A model generated the notes under the pieces. That model was not told where the DNA came from and did not search any database. It saw only the letters and a list, made by a program, of their open reading frames with translations. The translations under genes and the position numbers were made by a program. Below are positions 24,904 through 33,790 of a stretch of DNA of 37,186 bases, in pieces. This stretch comes from an uncultured Chitinophagales bacterium (GTDB lineage Bacteria > Bacteroidota > Ignavibacteria > UBA10030 > UBA6906): NCBI GenBank assembly GCA_964550275.1, contig CAZJYO010000002.1:1-37186 (forward strand). The letters run 5' to 3'. Every line of letters begins with the position of its first letter. The stretch's first letter is position 1.

Positions 24904-26751
24904 ATGAGCCGCCGTATCGCCATTCTCATTGCAATAACGCTGTCATCGCATCTGTTTGGTCAAGTGCAGGACCAGCCGGCAAAACTCCGGCTTGGTCAAA
25001 GCTATGAGCAGGCAGGTGATTTTGAGAATGCCGCCCATATCTACCGCCAGTTGTACTCTTCCGACACAACCAATGCAACCTATGCCGAGAATCTTCGCCG
25101 CGCCCTGATGGCGCTGAAGCGCTACGATGAATCAGAAGCACTCATCAGAAGACGCTTGGCACAGTATCCCGCAGATGTCAACCTGCACAACATGCTTGCG
25201 AATGTTTGCTACAAAGCAGGCAAGGAAAAGGAAGCGTTTGGGGCGTGGGATAAGGCCTTGAGCATCGAACCGGCAAATGCAAATGCGTACAGGATTGTCG
25301 CCGCGACGATGATGGAAAACCGCCTGCTGGATAAAACCGCGGAAACGTACCGCCTTGCCCGTGTCCGTTGTAACGACCCGAACCTGTTCACGCTGGATCT
25401 TGCGCAAATTCTTGTTACGTCCCTGAATTACAAAGAAGCAACCCTTGAGTACGTTCACTGGTTGAAGGCCAACCCGAATCAGCTTGGAAATGTGCAAAGC
25501 AGGATGATCGTCATCAGCGGCAAGGAGGAAGGACGTGCCGCCGCGATTGAAGTTTTGAAGCAGGAGATTCGTTCAGACGACAGAGTTCATTTCCAGCGGT
25601 TGCTCGCGTGGTTGTATCTTGAAGGGAAACAGTACACTGATGCATTTGAGGTATACCGTCGCATCGACCGGCTTGCGAATGCGAACGGCGCGGAGATTCA
25701 CGGCTTTGCCGATCGCGCCTTCAAAGATGGTGCATTCGCTGTTGCCGCGCAGGCATTCAAGGAGGCCATCGAGAAACCGGTCAACAACCAGATTATGCCC
25801 TTTGCAAAATACGGATATGCGTCGGCATTGAAGGGAATGCATGCTCATCCCGACAGTTTGGCCGGTCCTGCGCGCTTTGTTACCGCTTCAGAAACCCAGA
25901 CGCAGTACGCCGGCGTGATTTCATCGTTCCGCGAAATCATTGCATCATATCCCCGCACGGAATTCTCGGCACGGGCGCACTATCAAATTGCTTTGCTGCA
26001 GTATGAAAAGCTGTTTGACCTTGACGCTGCTCTTGCATCCTTTACCAGCGCTGAGTCGGAGTTCCCGGGCACCGGAGGCATGCGTTATGATGTTGCCTTG
26101 CGCATCGCGGAAGTTCTCACCGCGAAAGGCGATACCGTCCAGGCTGCGGCGAGATACCGGACTGTGGCCTCGTCGTCCGGCGCAACCCCCGACCAGCAAG
26201 ATGAAGCAACCTATCGCCTTGCCGAGCTGGAGTTTTTTGAAGGTCATTTTCAGGAAGCGCTCGCTTCGCTGAACACCATCACGGTGAATCTCAGCGCGGA
26301 TTATGCCAACGATGCTCTCCAGTTTTTGTCGTTCCTGCAGGAAAACTCCGCCACGGCCGAGCCGGCTCTTCGCGAGTTTGGACGCGCAAGTTTTCTCGCG
26401 CGCCAGCGCAAAATCAGTGAAGCAATTCAAGTGCTTCGTTCAATCCCTGAGCGGTATCGGAATGCACCGCTCGCGGATGACGCACTGTTCACCGTTGCTT
26501 CATTGCAAACCCAAACGCACCAATTTACAGAAGCAGTTGTTTCCTATGAACAGCTTCTCACAAATTTCAAAGAGACCTGCAGTACCTGCGATAAAGCCCA
26601 ATTCGGCATAGCGGAAGTGTTTCAATTCGGGACGAAGGAAAAAGACAAGGCCATTTCGGCATACGAACAACTGTTGGCCGACTACCCCAACTCTCTCATG
26701 ACCGCTCTTGCACGAAAACGAGTACGCGAGCTGAGGGGAGATACGTTGTGA
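24904..26751 (+). CDS. Exported tetratricopeptide repeat protein
   Basis: Signal peptide MSRRIAILIAITLSSHLFGQ, then many TPR-like helical pairs. The ORF track begins at 24748, but the N-terminal extension overlaps the dxr start region. Confidence 0.8.
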   Translation: MSRRIAILIAITLSSHLFGQVQDQPAKLRLGQSYEQAGDFENAAHIYRQLYSSDTTNATYAENLRRALMALKRYDESEALIRRRLAQYPADVNLHNMLANVCYKAGKEKEAFGAWDKALSIEPANANAYRIVAATMMENRLLDKTAETYRLARVRCNDPNLFTLDLAQILVTSLNYKEATLEYVHWLKANPNQLGNVQSRMIVISGKEEGRAAAIEVLKQEIRSDDRVHFQRLLAWLYLEGKQYTDAFEVYRRIDRLANANGAEIHGFADRAFKDGAFAVAAQAFKEAIEKPVNNQIMPFAKYGYASALKGMHAHPDSLAGPARFVTASETQTQYAGVISSFREIIASYPRTEFSARAHYQIALLQYEKLFDLDAALASFTSAESEFPGTGGMRYDVALRIAEVLTAKGDTVQAAARYRTVASSSGATPDQQDEATYRLAELEFFEGHFQEALASLNTITVNLSADYANDALQFLSFLQENSATAEPALREFGRASFLARQRKISEAIQVLRSIPERYRNAPLADDALFTVASLQTQTHQFTEAVVSYEQLLTNFKETCSTCDKAQFGIAEVFQFGTKEKDKAISAYEQLLADYPNSLMTALARKRVRELRGDTL

Positions 26752-28022
26752 AACGCGGAGTCCTTCTTTTGCTGGCATCACTCTTCTTGCTTTCAACGCG
26801 CTCGCCGGGTCAGGACAAGATTCTCATTCCCATGGACCTTCAACAGGCCGATCACCTGAAGGCATACGGTGTTGCGTTCTGGACACTTGCCAAAAATGTG
26901 GAGATCGACTGGCTGTTGAATTACCGGGGCGGTTCGTTCATGATGGACGCGCATGAAATCATCAGAACGGAATGCAGGGTTCGCGGCGTCTCGCATGAGA
27001 TTATTAGCGCGTCCCGCGCAGCCGCAATCTATTCCGAGGTTCAGCAGGAAGACAACAACATGGATGTTGTCCGCTTGGAAAAAGCGCCCCGTGTTGCGGT
27101 GTATGTTCCGCCCGGCTTCCAACCGTGGGACGATGCAGTGACGCTCGCCCTGGAGTACGCCGAGGTTTCTTACACAAAGCTGTGGGACGATGAAGTGATC
27201 CAGGGGAAGTTGTCGGAGTATGACTGGCTGCACCTCCATCATGAGGACTTTACCGGTCAGTATGGGAAGTTTTACGCATCGTTTGCGAATGCGCCCTGGT
27301 ATCTTGAACAACAGGTTATGCAGGAAAAGAAATCGCGTGAGCTTGGCTTCCGGAAAGTTTCCGACCTCAAGAAAGCGGTTGCGCGCACGATCAAGGAGTT
27401 TATCGCTTCAGGCGGTTTCATGTTCTCGATGTGTTCGGCAACGGATACGTACGATATCGCACTGGCCGCGGAGAATACAGACATCTGCGACGTGATGTAT
27501 GACGGCGATCCGCAGGACAGGGATGCGCAACGCAAGCTCGATTTCTCAAAAACCCTCGCGTTCACAGACTTCACGCTTGAGAAGAATCCGCTCCGGTATG
27601 AGTACTCCGACATCGATCAGCCGCCAAGCGACTTACTGGCCATGCAGAACCCAGAAACCGATTACTTTACACTCTTTGAATTCTCGGCAAAGTTCGATCC
27701 CGTTCCCACCATGCTCACGCAGAACCACGTCAATGTCCTCAAGGGATTTCTCGGGCAGACCACTAATTTCAAGAAGAGTCTGATCAAGAAGACGGTGACA
27801 ATCATGGCGGAGAAAGAAGGTGCAGATCAAGTGCGATATCTGCATGGGAATTACGGGAGAGGGACGTTCACTTTTTATGGCGGGCACGACCCGGAGGATT
27901 ATCAGCATGCCGTCGGCGATCCGCCAACGGACTTGACGTTGCACAAGAATTCACCCGGCTACAGACTTATTCTCAACAACATTCTTTTTCCGGCCGCGAA
28001 AAAGAAACAACAAAAAACCTGA
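26748..28022 (+). CDS. Conserved exported hypothetical protein (a family I recall as often mislabelled asparagine synthetase B in Bacteroidetes)
   Basis: Signal peptide, then IPMDLQQADHLKAYGVAFWTLAKNVEIDWLLNYRGGSF. GTGA overlap with the upstream TPR gene. The family name is from memory only. Confidence 0.6.
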   Translation: MKRGVLLLLASLFLLSTRSPGQDKILIPMDLQQADHLKAYGVAFWTLAKNVEIDWLLNYRGGSFMMDAHEIIRTECRVRGVSHEIISASRAAAIYSEVQQEDNNMDVVRLEKAPRVAVYVPPGFQPWDDAVTLALEYAEVSYTKLWDDEVIQGKLSEYDWLHLHHEDFTGQYGKFYASFANAPWYLEQQVMQEKKSRELGFRKVSDLKKAVARTIKEFIASGGFMFSMCSATDTYDIALAAENTDICDVMYDGDPQDRDAQRKLDFSKTLAFTDFTLEKNPLRYEYSDIDQPPSDLLAMQNPETDYFTLFEFSAKFDPVPTMLTQNHVNVLKGFLGQTTNFKKSLIKKTVTIMAEKEGADQVRYLHGNYGRGTFTFYGGHDPEDYQHAVGDPPTDLTLHKNSPGYRLILNNILFPAAKKKQQKT

Positions 28023-28037
28023 TACGGAGGAACCCGC

Positions 28038-28664
28038 ATGAAACGCGCATTGCTACTTTGCTGCTGTTGCTGTCTTATAGTCTTTGGAAGCCAAGCCCAA
28101 TCCGATTTGGGTGTGCGGTTTGGCGTTCAGGGGAATTACGCGAACATCACCATCGAAAGTGTTGATCAGCTTAAGGATGTCTATGGACCGGGATGGGGTG
28201 GTGGAGCCCATATCGACTTCAGCATTCCCATGTTCACATTCCGCCTCAATGGCGATTATCTGGCATTCGCGGCTGATAACGATAAGTTTCGTGACGGGTT
28301 GGCTCTGATCAATGGGGTTCCAGCGTCAGATGTCTCTGTTGAAGGCGGCAGGATTGATATCTTCTCGCTTGCGTTGAACGGCAAGTTTTCCTTCCTGCAG
28401 GGTTTGCCCATCGTATCGCCATATATCACGGGAGGGTTTGGTATGGCAAGACTCACCTTTAATGAAACGAAAGTCACTTATCTGGGCCAGCCACAGGATT
28501 TTCCGGGAACATCCTCCCAAACCAAACCCCAGTTCAACGCGGGTGCAGGAGTGGACGTCAACCTTGTTGGAATTGCCATGTACCTCGAGGCGAAGTATAC
28601 ATGGGTCAGTACAGAGGGGGAGACGAGCACGTATGTGCCCGTTACGCTGGGTGTAACGTTCTGA
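28038..28664 (+). CDS. Small outer-membrane beta-barrel protein (OmpA-like 8-strand/OmpW-type porin family)
   Basis: Signal peptide ...VFGSQAQ, alternating strands, and the C-terminus ...YVPVTLGVTF ending in Phe. GGAGG lies 7 nt upstream. Confidence 0.75.
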   Translation: MKRALLLCCCCCLIVFGSQAQSDLGVRFGVQGNYANITIESVDQLKDVYGPGWGGGAHIDFSIPMFTFRLNGDYLAFAADNDKFRDGLALINGVPASDVSVEGGRIDIFSLALNGKFSFLQGLPIVSPYITGGFGMARLTFNETKVTYLGQPQDFPGTSSQTKPQFNAGAGVDVNLVGIAMYLEAKYTWVSTEGETSTYVPVTLGVTF

Positions 28665-28681
28665 GGAAACGTTGGTAGCCC

Positions 28682-28722
28682 AAAAAGAAAAACGCCCGTC
28701 GAAGTTATCGGCGGGCGTTTTC
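28682..28722. terminator. Bidirectional rho-independent terminator between convergent genes
   Basis: aaacgcccg-N13-cgggcgttt forms a GC-rich stem. It is flanked by an A-run on the left and a T-run on the right, so it reads as stem plus tttttcttttt on the minus strand. Confidence 0.8.
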
Positions 28723-28744
28723 ATTGTTGCTCTGTCGAGCAGAG

Positions 28745-30670
28745 TTACTTCACAAGCGCCATCTTCTTGATCTGGCTGAACACCTGCTGACCCGGTGCCG
28801 CGCTGACCGTCAAGCGATAGAAGTACAAGCCGCTGGCAACCGCAAATCCTGACCGGTCTTTGCCGTTCCACTGTACGGTATGTGTCCCTGCCTCCAATTC
28901 CCCATTCACAAGCGCTACGACTTCCTGGCCGATGAGATTGTAGATGACGAGGGAAGCCGCACCGGCAACAGGTAAACTGAAACTGATGGAGGTTGTCGGG
29001 TTGAATGGATTGGGATAGTTCTGTTGCAATGCAAACGTAACAGGCGTGCTTCCCGATTCAACATCCAGGACCACGGGCGGCGTGATAACGAGGTTGACGC
29101 CTCCGAGTGATTCTGTCGGTTCGTTCAGCATTACAGCAGTCTCATTCGTATTGTATCCTTCCCGAGCAGCAACCACCGTAAGACTGCCGGACGGCAACCC
29201 GGGGATTCGATACGTGCCGGCGGCATCAGTGACGGTATAGCCAAGCACATTGTTTCCCTCAATTGCGTAGACAACCACGCCCTCCATAGGCGCTCCGGTT
29301 TCTGAAAGGATGTTTCCGCCAACGCTCGCAAGTCCGTTGCCGCCAAAGCGTACAACACCGACATCAATTCCCGTGACATTGCCGGCAGCATGTACTGTAT
29401 CGGCATTCTGCCAGTATCTCACGCCATACGCGCCCGCCTTGTAAAAGGCCGGTGCATACTGATGGAACGGGATAGCGAGTACAAAGTAGCGCCCTTCACG
29501 CACATGTTCGATGATGTAATTGCCGAGTGAATCCGTGTGCCCGAACCGCACGCTTCCCGGTCCCGGATGAGGATGAATCGGCAGGAGAACAATGCGCGAC
29601 GGGACTCCTGCATCCAAGGAATCACGAACGCGGCCGGCAACACTATTCTCGACGAGGACACGCGTCGCCAGCGAGAAGTTAATTCCATTCACATCGCCAT
29701 TCACAGCGATGATGTCCGCGGTTGTCGGGTTTGGCTTGTTGTCAAAAAACTCGGGCAGATACCCGTGCTTTGCCGCCATTGCAATGTATGAGCGTCCGGA
29801 GATAACACGTGCATGGTAGTTTCCGAGCGAATCTGTTCTGCCGCGCCACACCACACCGTTTGGATTGTCAGACGCGGAACCATCACTCATGCTTTGGAGT
29901 GTGCGCATAATTGTCACGGAAGCCGCGCGCAACGGCGTTCCCGCTGAATCGGTTACGGTGCCGTTGATGAATGCAAAGGACGGCGGCGCGGGCCGGCTGA
30001 GCCCGAAGTTGGCAATGCTGACCGAACTTTCGGCAACAGCGATGCGCGTTGCAAGAGCCGGATCGGTGACATTATCAAACCACTCCGGACGATAACCCGG
30101 TGTTGCGGGAGAGATAGACGGCTTTTCAGCCCGAACGATGTATGATCCCGTATCGAGTACAGCGGAGTACTGTCCGAGCGAATCCGTGAAAACATATGGT
30201 GCCCATGTTCCAGGTCCGGCCATCCGGAAGAATGAAATCTTCGCGTGTCGGATCGGCAATCCGGTGGAATCATCAACAACGTCACCGGCGATGACGCCCC
30301 GCAACGGCGGCAGGGGAACCGGCGCAGTATAACTCACAACATTGCCCGGAGGGCTCTCGATGATTGTCCCGTTGTTGAAGACCGATGAAGTTACACGGTA
30401 GTAGTAGGTGCTGCCGGGTTGAAGGTTATGGTTGATAAACCATCTCGTCGGTGTTTGGGCCGCAAGCTGGAAATGGCTTGTATCGTGGTGCGAACGGTAT
30501 ACACGGTAGACCCACGGTCCCGTAGGGGCCTGCCACTCCAGCCGCACAGCGCCCATCGGTGCGGGCGATGCCGTGAGATTTGCCGGAATAGGAGGCGGGC
30601 CCTGCGCGAAGGCGCTGACAAGCCCCGACAGGGCAAGCAACAATGCAAGGAAGAGCGAACGAAGTTTCAT
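28745..30670 (-). CDS. T9SS C-terminal sorting domain protein with an Fn3 domain and four carboxypeptidase-regulatory-like domains
   Basis: Signal peptide. Fn3 (PANLTASPAPMGAVRLEWQAP...YRVYRS). Repeated G.V.D..G.P... modules. The C-terminus NYPNPFNPTTSISFSLP...VIYNLIGQEV...GTHTVQWNG...ASGLYFYRL is a type A T9SS sorting domain. Confidence 0.85.
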   Translation of the reverse strand: MKLRSLFLALLLALSGLVSAFAQGPPPIPANLTASPAPMGAVRLEWQAPTGPWVYRVYRSHHDTSHFQLAAQTPTRWFINHNLQPGSTYYYRVTSSVFNNGTIIESPPGNVVSYTAPVPLPPLRGVIAGDVVDDSTGLPIRHAKISFFRMAGPGTWAPYVFTDSLGQYSAVLDTGSYIVRAEKPSISPATPGYRPEWFDNVTDPALATRIAVAESSVSIANFGLSRPAPPSFAFINGTVTDSAGTPLRAASVTIMRTLQSMSDGSASDNPNGVVWRGRTDSLGNYHARVISGRSYIAMAAKHGYLPEFFDNKPNPTTADIIAVNGDVNGINFSLATRVLVENSVAGRVRDSLDAGVPSRIVLLPIHPHPGPGSVRFGHTDSLGNYIIEHVREGRYFVLAIPFHQYAPAFYKAGAYGVRYWQNADTVHAAGNVTGIDVGVVRFGGNGLASVGGNILSETGAPMEGVVVYAIEGNNVLGYTVTDAAGTYRIPGLPSGSLTVVAAREGYNTNETAVMLNEPTESLGGVNLVITPPVVLDVESGSTPVTFALQQNYPNPFNPTTSISFSLPVAGAASLVIYNLIGQEVVALVNGELEAGTHTVQWNGKDRSGFAVASGLYFYRLTVSAAPGQQVFSQIKKMALVK

Positions 30671-30813
30671 TACCGGGACCTTTCAGAATGAATGGTGAAA
30701 ATCGAAGGATTCTTCTTACTTCACTTAGACGGGGAATCAACTCACTGGTTTAATCTGCCAACTGGGGAATTGAAAATCAAGGATAGCGACTTTGAAAAGC
30801 CCAAAATTGACAA

Positions 30814-32316
30814 TTAGGAGTGATTACGGGCAATTGCGAGCACGTTTTCGGGCAGGCATACCTTGCCAATCTCACAATCACGACAATGTTCAGGGAGGCA
30901 ATGATACTTGTAAAGCTGTAATACTCCCTGGTTCATCAGCGCCGATCCGATCGACAGCTTTTTCTTCACAAGTTGTTCCTCAATGATTTTACCGATGCTG
31001 TTCTCCGTTGCCGGAAGGGAGGACAACATTTCGCGTGCTTGCATGCGAAGCAGAGAATCCCGGAATACACGCGCATACAAAAGAAGCACCGGGATGATAA
31101 CATTCACCATCAAGTCGTTAATACGGGAAGCCCCCAATCCTCCTGTTGGCCGTTCCGTACGATTGTCGAAGTGATAGTGGTAATTCCAGAATTCATCGGG
31201 CCGGTAGTCAAACAGTGATTGAATATGCCGGTTCCTTTCCGATGCAGAGAGGTCGTTTACTTTGGCGAGCGAGATCAAATTACGAAAACCGGTTTCGGCA
31301 AAGAGCACAGGAAGCAGATGACAGAATCCCGCGATACGCGCTGTCGGGAAGTTCGCCGGACGCAGCCGAAAGAACCGCCAGTCACCTTGGTGCAGAATCT
31401 GGCCGGTGAACGACGGACGCAATGCTTTCCACAGTTTTCGCAAACCGCGGACTTTGATTCGACTTTCCTTCTCTTTGATGGATGTTGCAGAAGGAAGGAG
31501 ACCGGCGGCCCCGAACAACAACGCCATCATTCGTTCTTTGTCTGAGAGATCAAACCTGCGGAGTGTTGCAAGCCGCGCGGATTGTGCGAGACGAAGAAAC
31601 GGTTCCTGGTTTTTAGCGTATCCCAATCCCTCCATTATTCCTTCATAGAGCAGCTGCTCCCAATGGCGCCTTGGCCGGAAATCCTTTGGTGAATAAAACG
31701 ACGAGGGAGGCGGAATCTCATCGGGGTTGCCGTAGTAACGCGGAAATGGTTCACGTATGACAGCGCGCTCCTCATCAATGAGCGCTTTGAGCCGCTCACC
31801 AAAACGCCGGACTTTGAATTCAATCCGTTCTTCTGCGAGAAGCTCAAGTTTTTGCGCAATGAGGTGTGCCGGAATGCCGTCGTTATGCGCCGCGCATCGT
31901 AATGTTGCCGGAGAGCGTCGCGGCGATTGGATCCATGCCACGTAAGTCTTCAGATCAAGAAACGGATGGAGAACAAGCACCGGAACGGTTCTGCGCGAGG
32001 CGGTGCTTGTGGAATGCTTTTCATCGCCATACGTCATGACGACATGAAGGATAACACGGTTGTAATGAGGGTCGCGGTCGTGGCCGTGCAACGTCCATCC
32101 GGATGCGTCGCAGTGGATTTCAACGTCGCCGAGAAAAAGTGTGTTACCGATGCGGATGCGGGCGTTGGTGAAATCGGGCCCCGCGTCCGTGTTGGGTACT
32201 CCCGGCGAGAGAATGTGAATCCGTTTGCCATCGGCGCTCCTGAGGTTGTCTGCGCTGAACTTCCGGTGTTCCCAGACGTCGCGGACAAATTCCTCGGGGA
32301 CACGCGGCATGTTCAT
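30814..32316 (-). CDS. DUF2851 family protein
   Basis: ILSPGVPNTDAGPDFTNARIRIGNTLFLGDVEIHCDASGWTLHGHDRDPHYNRVILHVV matches the DUF2851 N-terminal signature. ATGA overlap with the pyrF stop. Confidence 0.8.
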   Translation of the reverse strand: MNMPRVPEEFVRDVWEHRKFSADNLRSADGKRIHILSPGVPNTDAGPDFTNARIRIGNTLFLGDVEIHCDASGWTLHGHDRDPHYNRVILHVVMTYGDEKHSTSTASRRTVPVLVLHPFLDLKTYVAWIQSPRRSPATLRCAAHNDGIPAHLIAQKLELLAEERIEFKVRRFGERLKALIDEERAVIREPFPRYYGNPDEIPPPSSFYSPKDFRPRRHWEQLLYEGIMEGLGYAKNQEPFLRLAQSARLATLRRFDLSDKERMMALLFGAAGLLPSATSIKEKESRIKVRGLRKLWKALRPSFTGQILHQGDWRFFRLRPANFPTARIAGFCHLLPVLFAETGFRNLISLAKVNDLSASERNRHIQSLFDYRPDEFWNYHYHFDNRTERPTGGLGASRINDLMVNVIIPVLLLYARVFRDSLLRMQAREMLSSLPATENSIGKIIEEQLVKKKLSIGSALMNQGVLQLYKYHCLPEHCRDCEIGKVCLPENVLAIARNHS

Positions 32317-33146
32317 GGCGTGGGAGCTCCGAAGAACTGTTCCTGTAATGCTTCAATCTGGTTACGGAGGGAATGCGCCGCGGTTCTCGCTGCGCGGGCG
32401 AAATCCTTTCCGCTCGATGCAAAAATCACGCTTCGGCTGACATTGACAATCGCGCCGATCCCATTTTCATTACAACCATATCGCACCGCCGAACGCAAAT
32501 CCCCGCCCTGTGCGCCAATGCCAGGAATGAGAAGTGGTAGTTGGGGGGCAAGTGAGCGAATTTTCTTTAGTTGTGCCGGGTGCGTTGCCCCGACAACAAG
32601 TCCGCAGTTCTTATGTGTGTTCCAACCGCTCACCTTGCAGGCAACATGTTCATAGAGTAACTGCTTTCCGATTTTCAGATGCTGGAAGTCGCGCGATCCG
32701 GGGTTTGAAGTTACGCCGAGAATGAAAACTCCCCTCTGCTTGTATCCGAGAAAAGGCTCCACGGAATCGCGGCCCATGTACGGACTGACAGTACAAGCAT
32801 CAAATTGGAAGTCATCGAATAGAGAGTGAGCATACAGTTCCGCCGTATTGCCGATGTCACCACGCTTCGCGTCGCCGATCGTGAGAATGCCGCGGGGAAT
32901 GTGTTCAAGCGTTTTGTGTATCGTTGTCCATCCGCTTTTTCCCAGAGCTTCATAGAAAGCAAGGTTGAGTTTGTACGCGCACACAAGATCATGGGTGGCG
33001 TCGATGATGCGTTTGTTGAATTCGAGGACGGGGTTGCTTCCCTTCCGGAGGAACGCGGGGATTTTTGTAACATCGGTGTCGAGGCCGATACAAAGCAAAC
33101 TATTGGTGGTATGCTGGATGCCGGAAAGCCGGTTGTAGAATGTCAT
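32313..33146 (-). CDS. pyrF: Orotidine 5'-phosphate decarboxylase (type 2)
   Basis: LCIGLDTD, AYKLNLAFYEALG, TIGDAKRGDIGNTAE and LIPGIGAQGG. The ORF track starts at 33179, but the ATG at 33146 gives the usual N-terminus. Confidence 0.9.
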   Translation of the reverse strand: MTFYNRLSGIQHTTNSLLCIGLDTDVTKIPAFLRKGSNPVLEFNKRIIDATHDLVCAYKLNLAFYEALGKSGWTTIHKTLEHIPRGILTIGDAKRGDIGNTAELYAHSLFDDFQFDACTVSPYMGRDSVEPFLGYKQRGVFILGVTSNPGSRDFQHLKIGKQLLYEHVACKVSGWNTHKNCGLVVGATHPAQLKKIRSLAPQLPLLIPGIGAQGGDLRSAVRYGCNENGIGAIVNVSRSVIFASSGKDFARAARTAAHSLRNQIEALQEQFFGAPTP

Positions 33147-33193
33147 GATCGGTTCTTCGGAATGGGTGAATCGAAACAATTATGCGGGTGTGC

Positions 33194-33217
33194 GAAAAGA
33201 TACCGCAATGGTGCGGG
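33194..33217 (-). terminator. Possible weak terminator after the P460-like gene
   Basis: On the minus strand, ccgca-ccat-tgcgg followed by tatcttttc. Confidence 0.3.
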
Positions 33218-33228
33218 AGAAGCAAGAG

Positions 33229-33768
33229 TCAATCAAACATCTGCCGCTCGAAGGTTCTCACAAAATCATTTTGCGGGCCCTGTTCACGCGCGTGACATCC
33301 TGTGCAGTTTCTTCCGCCGAGCGTCATCGAGATGAATGGTGTTCCGTCGGGGTAAAGTTCCGCCCAAAGCCAGCCGTTGCTCGCGAAGGAAGATGCGGGT
33401 TCTTTGTAGATAACAGCGTAAAGATACGTTGAGTCGCCCTGACGGATTTCCTTGAAGATGATAGATCCTTGAGGAAACGAAGTGCCCGCCGGAAGTCGCC
33501 CGCCGGACAACGCTCCGAACGCTACCGCGTTCATGCTGACGCGTACCAGAGGTTGGTGTGCGGTTGAGCCGTTGAGCGTTCCGCTCGTAACGGAATCCGC
33601 GTTTGGGAACAGCGTGTATGAGCTGAAGGGCTGTTCGACAGTAACGAGCTGGAAGAGATCGGCATCGGACGCAATATGAGGGAGAACGACAACTTCTCCC
33701 CGGTCAACACAGCCGGTCATGATACACAACAGAAGAATGGAACTTCTCAAAGTGGTTGTTTGTCTCAT
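33229..33768 (-). CDS. Cytochrome P460-like heme-binding lipoprotein (single CxxCH)
   Basis: Signal peptide plus lipobox (LLLCIMTGC). NGWLWAELY and C-terminal CTGCHAREQGPQNDFVRTF resemble the P460 / cytochrome c'-beta family. GAGGA lies upstream of the ATG at 33768. The ORF track starts at TTG 33789. Confidence 0.6.
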   Translation of the reverse strand: MRQTTTLRSSILLLCIMTGCVDRGEVVVLPHIASDADLFQLVTVEQPFSSYTLFPNADSVTSGTLNGSTAHQPLVRVSMNAVAFGALSGGRLPAGTSFPQGSIIFKEIRQGDSTYLYAVIYKEPASSFASNGWLWAELYPDGTPFISMTLGGRNCTGCHAREQGPQNDFVRTFERQMFD

Positions 33769-33790
33769 CACATCCTCTTGATGATTCAAT

